Shown: positions 58,348 to 64,000 of the stretch, one piece after another
Numbering within the stretch: position 1 is the stretch's first letter
Layout of the letters: each line of letters begins with the position of its first letter
From: a virus
Reading direction: 5' to 3' (one strand)
IMG/VR virus record: IMGVR_UViG_3300025324_000011
Location: 32,985-96,984 of that record
DNA length: 64,000 nucleotides
Program-made: the position numbers and the translations under genes
Notes under the pieces: model-generated
What the model was told of the DNA's origin: nothing
What the model saw: only the letters and a program-made list of their open reading frames with translations
The model's database searches: none

Positions 58348-58587
58348 CTAGATATACTCTAATTGTAGTCTATTTCTGCCGATCGTAACGCGGACAAACG
58401 AGGTACCGAAGAGGCGCTTTCTCCATGAATGCTTCGCGCTTTCTTCTGCCGCGGCATTGAATCTTGCGCGCTCCGCCTGGAAAATGCGGAACCTAGAATA
58501 CGCTTCTTTCAGAGCATCGCGACGAGCCGACGCCACCTCAATCGCCCCTGCGGCGACCATCGATATCCCCGGGGATATTCGTTTCAT
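58348..58587 (-). CDS. small hypothetical protein
   Basis: Between portal and gp7-like genes. Confidence 0.5.
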   Translation of the reverse strand: MKRISPGISMVAAGAIEVASARRDALKEAYSRFRIFQAERARFNAAAEESAKHSWRKRLFGTSFVRVTIGRNRLQLEYI

Positions 58588-58613
58588 AACAATCGCGCAT
58601 TCCTTCCCTTTGC

Positions 58614-60119
58614 TTACGGCAATAGCGCCGCCACCTTAGACCGCTCGGCGGGCTTTAGCGCCCAACGCTTAGACGCAACATCGAGGCCCATATCCATGGC
58701 GTCCCGCCAAGCCCCGGCAACTCGCTTCGCTTCTACTTCGGCAGGCTCTTCATCTTTGGGCTCTGCGGCAACGACATCCGCAATATGCTCAATCGTCTTT
58801 CCAATCGGAACCGAGAACAGGCCGTCTAGCCGCTCGTCTGCTGGAAATCCAGCGGCTGCCCGGAGTTCATTCAGCTCGAATGCTTCGCCGTAGCCATCAA
58901 TGATCCTGTCGCGACGCTCCTCATCTACAAGCTGCTCAAGCTCATAGGAAAGGATTATGCGATCCTCGCCCGCGAATTCCGGGGGACGCCCCAGGTGGGG
59001 CTCTAAGTATCTCTGCTGAAGATGGCGGATGCTTGCTTCCAGAGATGGAATCGTACTGTTCTCCCGCAGGAATACCTTGGCGGCGTAAGCGGTGGCGCGG
59101 TTCGCCGTCACTTCCCCGATAACCGCCGGTGGGACTCCGAAGACTTTCAGGATGACATCTGCCGCCGATTTCGTGAGCTCAACGGCCTGAAGATCCGCGG
59201 CGGATCTATCGAGATCGTGAACCTCAAACTTCGAATGCGGCTCCGATGGGATACTCAGGAAGATGGACGTTCCCGCTGCGTATGCTCCGCGTAACTTCTC
59301 CTCGAACCTCGCCTCTACCTCCTCTTTCTCTCGCGGTCCAAATGATCCAGCAATGAGTACGTCGGGGCGACCCTTATTAAGAAAGCGCGCCAGCATCATA
59401 ATCATCGCTTGCTCATAGATCGCGATATCATGGTCTAGCGATGAAGCTACGCCAGTTCCGCGACCATATGGGTTGAACGGGCTTGGCTCTTTCGTCGTTT
59501 CGATGTCTTCTGGCGGAACCGGTTGACTCAGGAACCGAATGCGATAGAAGTTGTCGCCAGTCCCCAAGCTCGGGGGGGTCACCCAATGGGCAGGGATTGG
59601 CAAGCGTAGAACTGGGATATGTGTTACTTTGTCGCGTAAGATCAAATAGAAGACTTCGCCAACAATATCCATGAGGATTTGATCTAGGGCAATCGACGCG
59701 AAGCCGTCGAAGTATCCCGGGACTCCCCTGCGAATCATGGCGAGGAATGGATGCGGTCCATATGCTTCCTCAACATCTACCAGCTCGCCCTGTTCCCGCA
59801 TCTCCTTGATGAGATCCATGCGGAAGCGCATCGGGGTGACCATTACGCGGCCCTTGAGCGCCATGGCGCGGCCACGCTTGGGAGAGGTGGGGGCTAGCAG
59901 GGTCAAGCGCGCCGAGGCCCGATTTCGAGCCCTGACGCCGCAGGCGAGGCGCACCCATCCGTTCGTCGCATACAGCGACGTAAGCTCCTCTTGGCTGCGG
60001 GCGGAACGCTGCTTTTGTTGTCCAATGCGAAGAATGGACGCGCCTGAGTTGATAGCCGCAGCAGTGTCAATCCGCGGCCCCTGGAATGTCGCCTTGGCAA
60101 TGTAAGAAAGGAGGGACAT
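58614..60119 (-). CDS. portal protein (HK97 family)
   Basis: HPFLAMI, GEVFY, NPYGRGTG, FLNKGRP, VFGVPP, ANRATA, LNELRA. Confidence 0.9.
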   Translation of the reverse strand: MSLLSYIAKATFQGPRIDTAAAINSGASILRIGQQKQRSARSQEELTSLYATNGWVRLACGVRARNRASARLTLLAPTSPKRGRAMALKGRVMVTPMRFRMDLIKEMREQGELVDVEEAYGPHPFLAMIRRGVPGYFDGFASIALDQILMDIVGEVFYLILRDKVTHIPVLRLPIPAHWVTPPSLGTGDNFYRIRFLSQPVPPEDIETTKEPSPFNPYGRGTGVASSLDHDIAIYEQAMIMMLARFLNKGRPDVLIAGSFGPREKEEVEARFEEKLRGAYAAGTSIFLSIPSEPHSKFEVHDLDRSAADLQAVELTKSAADVILKVFGVPPAVIGEVTANRATAYAAKVFLRENSTIPSLEASIRHLQQRYLEPHLGRPPEFAGEDRIILSYELEQLVDEERRDRIIDGYGEAFELNELRAAAGFPADERLDGLFSVPIGKTIEHIADVVAAEPKDEEPAEVEAKRVAGAWRDAMDMGLDVASKRWALKPAERSKVAALLP

Positions 60120-60153
60120 GGTGGCCTAGTGTCGCGCGAATCAACAGGTGCCG

Positions 60154-60660
60154 TCAAGTCGAAGCCGGGAGACCGGCTTGATAGAAGAAGCGGCGTATGT
60201 TGGAATCGTCGATATCTACGCCCCTGACCTTGCCGTGTTCCTGAGCACGCTTCCACGCCTCTTCCCAAGGGGAACCTGGTGCATGACTAATGTTAGATAG
60301 TTGCACGCCCGAATAGTGACCGTACTCCATCCACACCTTCTCTAGGACCGATAGCGCCGAGGGATCGGTTATCCGCGGGATTACCCACTCTTTGCCATCA
60401 AAGATTGTGGCCGGGCCGGCAATCGTGGAGTTTCCGTCTTTCTTGAATTCGTGATAAACAGTTGGAACAACTGGCCCGTAAGGCCATGCCTCAACATTCT
60501 CGTCGAGAAGAGGCTCGCCGGTCACGGCAAGGTGCCAGCCATGCGCGAAGTAGATCAGCTTTTGGAGCTTAAGCGGGTCCACTGGCACGCCTGACGCCTT
60601 GCTCTTCTCGATGAAGAAATTGGCGACGGCTAGCGTTGGTTGAGGTGAAGAGCTGTACAT
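60154..60660 (-). CDS. Panacea-domain (DUF4065 / SocA-like) antitoxin-family protein
   Basis: VANFFI, LKLQKLIYFAHG, EAWPYGPVVP, LSNISH..PW. Confidence 0.9.
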   Translation of the reverse strand: MYSSSPQPTLAVANFFIEKSKASGVPVDPLKLQKLIYFAHGWHLAVTGEPLLDENVEAWPYGPVVPTVYHEFKKDGNSTIAGPATIFDGKEWVIPRITDPSALSVLEKVWMEYGHYSGVQLSNISHAPGSPWEEAWKRAQEHGKVRGVDIDDSNIRRFFYQAGLPAST

Positions 60661-61090
60661 GATGGTACACCTCCACCCAAGAGAGTGGACGGCTCCGAAG
60701 TATGGTCGCACACTTAGCTGACGAGAGTCAAAGCCGCCGGTAGGTGGCTCGCTGTGGTTCCTTTTGACCTGCCGTGAAATATCCTGCAAGATCAATGGTT
60801 TACAGCCGGTTCGGAGTGATCCCGCGCGGCTCGACGCACACCTACTCCCTTGTCTATCTGCCGGAGCGGCGCCTGCTGGCGACGTTCCGGTACGCCCGCC
60901 ACTGCCGAAGCTTGGCCGCGGAACTCGCCCCGCTCTTACTGCGTGATGAGCAAGCGGCGGTAGCGGTGACGGCGCGGCATTTGCGCGAAGCGACCTAGAC
61001 AACTTACCCCCAGGGGCGGCGCTTGGACGGGCCGCCCCTTCCCTCTCCGCCCGAGTCCGCCGAAGATCCCGCGCCGGTCGTTGATCGGCA

Positions 61091-61564
61091 CTATCGGGAG
61101 TCGGTGTAGGCTTCGAGTGTCGGCCCCGTTGCGGGTCGGCCCTCTTCGTTCTCCGCGATTGGCGCCAGAGGAAGCCTTAACTGAGGCTTGGCTGCCGACA
61201 TCACGTCGATTTCCCGCGACCCTTGCTCGCGGTCACCCACGACAAGGGCGAGCTTGAGCACCCCAGGGTGCGGCAGTACTATGCCGGCCAGTGTAAGTAT
61301 CTGACGAAACCTTGATTTTCCGTTGAAGTTGATAGTTATGGGCGCCTTGAATATCTCCTCACCTGACAGCGTGAGCACTGCCATGCCATCGATCTCCCGC
61401 TTGTCGCCCTCTTCTCGCTGAAGAATAAAAAGGCAAGCAAGCTCCGGCATTACAATTGGAAACATCGGCACGAGCGTAGATTCGGCAAGATCAATAAGCG
61501 ACACAGTATCGGTGTCAACATCGCGCACAATTCGATTCGCGCATGCGGCAAACTGACATCTCAT
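61091..61564 (-). CDS. DUF6941-like beta-rich protein
   Basis: ACANRIVRD...VSLID...LPHPG pattern. Confidence 0.65.
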   Translation of the reverse strand: MRCQFAACANRIVRDVDTDTVSLIDLAESTLVPMFPIVMPELACLFILQREEGDKREIDGMAVLTLSGEEIFKAPITINFNGKSRFRQILTLAGIVLPHPGVLKLALVVGDREQGSREIDVMSAAKPQLRLPLAPIAENEEGRPATGPTLEAYTDSR

Positions 61565-61962
61565 GATTCAGGCATCCCAGAAATGTGAACTGCGGCCGTA
61601 GAAGGCATCTGGATCTTAATCGTGCTCACGGACATGCGATCTAGAACGTTCTGCAAAATCTGATCAAGCCATCGAAAGCTCCGCACTCCACCGAGTCGAG
61701 GAATTACGCGTTTGACTTCGTCCGCGTTGTGGAAACCAAGGGCGGTCAACGCCGCATAGGCCGTGGCTAGGTCTTCCACCGTTTTGTGCGACAATTGATC
61801 AAGCTCAACTACCAGAGATACCAAGTCTTCAGCCGAGTAGGTATTGGCAAGATCCCGGACAGTGACGTCTCGGCGGAAGTGCCGAAACAGATAGCCCGGC
61901 ATATTAGCGACGAGATAACGTTCAACTAGGCCGCGAACGCCTAACTTTGAGCGATCGATCAT
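61561..61962 (-). CDS. hypothetical protein
   Basis: ATGA overlaps on both sides. Confidence 0.65.
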   Translation of the reverse strand: MIDRSKLGVRGLVERYLVANMPGYLFRHFRRDVTVRDLANTYSAEDLVSLVVELDQLSHKTVEDLATAYAALTALGFHNADEVKRVIPRLGGVRSFRWLDQILQNVLDRMSVSTIKIQMPSTAAVHISGMPES

Positions 61963-62441
61963 TGTTGATGCATCCGAAAATACCGAGCACCCAAGAATCT
62001 ATAGGGACAGTCGCTGGCGCGGTGGATCAATTCCTTGTAGTTTCCCCATTTGCTAATGACCAACGGTACCTTCATGTTTTTATTGATCTCTGGGGATTCG
62101 AGAATGATGGCGGAGTGTTCAATTTCGCCATGTTCGCCAAAGTAGAGCAACACATCGCCGGGCAAGGCGGACTCGTCTTTTACTTCGCGGTATCTATCTT
62201 CTGCTAGAATCTGAAGGACAACATTGACATCTTCAACGGCTGTACGGCGACAGGCAAATGCGAGGCCGTGACAATTGTAGCGGGTGTCGGGGCCTGCCCG
62301 CTCGATCAGGCTAAAACCGGTGCCATATTTTCGCTCCATTTGCGCGTAGCGTGCCAGTTCGCCGGGGAAAACTTGCGCCTCCAACCGAACATTGGGGACA
62401 TGATTCCCCTGAGCAGTGTCCAGTCGAAGCTCGTGTCCCAT
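61959..62441 (-). CDS. papain/NlpC-like Cys-His protein
   Basis: YNCHGLAF, PGDVLLY, EHSA, SKWG. Confidence 0.65.
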   Translation of the reverse strand: MGHELRLDTAQGNHVPNVRLEAQVFPGELARYAQMERKYGTGFSLIERAGPDTRYNCHGLAFACRRTAVEDVNVVLQILAEDRYREVKDESALPGDVLLYFGEHGEIEHSAIILESPEINKNMKVPLVISKWGNYKELIHRASDCPYRFLGARYFRMHQQ

Positions 62442-62603
62442 AGCTCCATTCTACCTGAATGGCGACCCGGGGGCTAGGCCGCCCGGCGGAGTCAAGACCC
62501 GGAGGACGCCATGGCGCACTTCTACAGAGGACCTGTACCCCCTCATCCTCACCGCTTCCTGAGGGGTCTGCTGCTCTTGGCCCTGCCGCGGGCCTTGATA
62601 CCG

Positions 62604-62795
62604 CTACCGCCCCTTCTTCTTCGCGGGGACCCTATCCCCTAGCTCGGTTCTCGCGGCCTTCAGGAGACGGTCTCTGATCCAGTTGGACATGGGCCGTCCA
62701 TCCTGATCCGCGGCTCGCTGGTAGAGCCCCTTCTCCTCTTCGGAGATGCGGATCTCCAGGCGGGAGTCCTTGGAGGTGGAGGCGATCTTAGGCAT
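62604..62795 (-). CDS. ribbon-helix-helix (DUF1778-like) regulator
   Basis: RLEIRISEEEK...MSNWIRDRLLKAARTEL; inverted operators CATTGTACGGAC/GTCCGTACAATG upstream. Confidence 0.75.
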   Translation of the reverse strand: MPKIASTSKDSRLEIRISEEEKGLYQRAADQDGRPMSNWIRDRLLKAARTELGDRVPAKKKGR

Positions 62796-63014
62796 ACGGG
62801 CATTGTACGGACGATTCCCGGAAAAATCAAGAGCCTACCCCCTTGACATGCCCGGACAATGTCCGTACAATGGTCCTGTGAGCTTGGAGAGGAGACAAGG
62901 ACACTAGACAAAAACGGCCCGGCAGTCGCTACCAACGACCACCGGGCCTAGAACCGCCAGCCGTAGCCAACGGTCCCGCAACCCCAATTATGGCACGGCT
63001 GGCACCCCGAAAGG

Positions 63015-63983
63015 ATGCCGACCATGCAAGCCTGCCCAACCTGCCAGACCGACACCTGCAAGCGCTTCGGCCACACCCGCGAGGGACACCAGCGGTTCCG
63101 CTGCCGCACCTGCCGCAAGACGTTCTCCGAGCGGCCTGACCGTCCCCTTGGGGACATGCGGCTCCCCTTGGACCGCGCGCTCCTCTGCTTGCACCTTCTG
63201 TGCGAGGGGAACTCGGTTCGCGCCGTCGAGCGCATTACAGGAACTGAGAAAAAGACAATTCTCCGCCTGCTTGTCCAGGTCGGGCAGGGGTGCGAGAGGA
63301 TACTTGAGGAGACGGTCAAGGCGGTCCCGGTCAACGACGTCCAGGCGGATGAGGTGTGGACCTACATCACCTGCAAGCAGAAGACTCGCGAACGCAAGGG
63401 AATCACGGACCCGGACGCAGGGGATGCTTATTGCTTCATCGGCATTGAACGTACCTCTAAGCTGGTGCTCGCGTGGCACCTCGGCCGGCGTAACAAGTGG
63501 GACGCCCACGATTTCATGGAGAAACTGAGCAACGCGACCACGGGCGAATTCCAGCTTTCGACCGATGGTTTCGCCGGTTTCGTGGACGGCGCGGAATGGA
63601 ACCTTGGCTCGCGGGTTGACTACGCGCAAGTTATCAAGGAATTCGGCACTGCGGGCGGCGAAGAAGCGCGGCGGTACGCTCCGCCGCGCCTGATAGGACA
63701 GGAGAAAGTCACCATCTTCGGCACCCCGGATGAGGACCGGGCTTGCACGTCACACGTCGAGCGCGGCAACTGGACGCTGCGCGGCCATCTTCGCCGATTC
63801 ACCCGCCTGAGCAACGGCTTCTCTCGCAAGAAGGAAAACCTGCGGGCCGCGCTGGCGCTCTACTTCAGTTATTACAACTTCGTCCGGATGCACAAGGCAA
63901 TCCGCATGACGCCGGCTATGGCGGCGGGGATCGCTAAGAAGCCTTGGGAGATGGCGGATCTGGTGAAGGCGGCAATGGGTTAA
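63015..63983 (+). CDS. IS1-family transposase (single ORF: Zn ribbon, HTH, DDE)
   Basis: CPTC...QRFRCRTC, EGNSVRAVERITG, QADEVWTY, STDGF, TSHVERGN, RRFTRLSNGFSRK. Confidence 0.93.
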   Translation: MPTMQACPTCQTDTCKRFGHTREGHQRFRCRTCRKTFSERPDRPLGDMRLPLDRALLCLHLLCEGNSVRAVERITGTEKKTILRLLVQVGQGCERILEETVKAVPVNDVQADEVWTYITCKQKTRERKGITDPDAGDAYCFIGIERTSKLVLAWHLGRRNKWDAHDFMEKLSNATTGEFQLSTDGFAGFVDGAEWNLGSRVDYAQVIKEFGTAGGEEARRYAPPRLIGQEKVTIFGTPDEDRACTSHVERGNWTLRGHLRRFTRLSNGFSRKKENLRAALALYFSYYNFVRMHKAIRMTPAMAAGIAKKPWEMADLVKAAMG

Positions 63984-64000
63984 AGGCTACCCCCCCCCCC

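Larger units (their letters stand above)
61010..63991 (+). mobile_element. IS1-family element with passenger genes (left end uncertain)
   Basis: Transposase followed by ...GGCTACC (reverse GGTAGCC, IS1-like terminus) and poly-C; divergent RHH and cargo operon; no confident left IR. Confidence 0.5.

Noticed and set aside
60959-61008. GGTAGC... as left inverted repeat of the IS1 element
   Set aside because: Only about 6 terminal bases match the right end, and no target duplication can be checked at the window edge.
1-64000. CRISPR array
   Set aside because: No regularly spaced repeat-spacer series was seen; the repeated motifs are kilobases apart.

Overview
The whole window looks like part of a large temperate siphovirus-type phage or prophage. 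No host housekeeping genes, integrase, terminase or recognisable endolysin were seen. Layout: (1) 0.4-2.6 kb small early ORFs (+). (2) 2.7-17.4 kb replication and DNA-modification module (+): ParB-like protein, DUF1937-like protein, sliding clamp, SNF2-type helicase, amino-MTase, NADAR, 5'-3' exonuclease, HNH, and a frameshifted C5-MTase with a nested alternative-frame ORF. (3) 17.4-21.1 kb membrane/lysis-like cassette and tRNA-Lys(CTT) (-). (4) 21.2-29.2 kb a second block of early ORFs (+). (5) 29.2-60.1 kb morphogenesis genes (-) from portal to tail fibre, with a moron block at about 50.6-57.3 kb. (6) 60.1-64 kb a Panacea-domain gene and an IS1-family transposase with cargo genes. The most striking signal is a ~125-bp composite promoter found three times with essentially identical spacing, each heading an early-gene block. 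It consists of two 14-bp palindromes, two NrdR-box-like sites 31 bp apart and a sigma54 -24/-12 element, which suggests early transcription is coupled to the host dNTP sensor NrdR. The second most striking signal is a stand-alone ethylene-receptor-type (ETR1-like) copper-binding membrane domain inside the lysis-like cassette. All family assignments come from motif recognition by eye, not from database searches.
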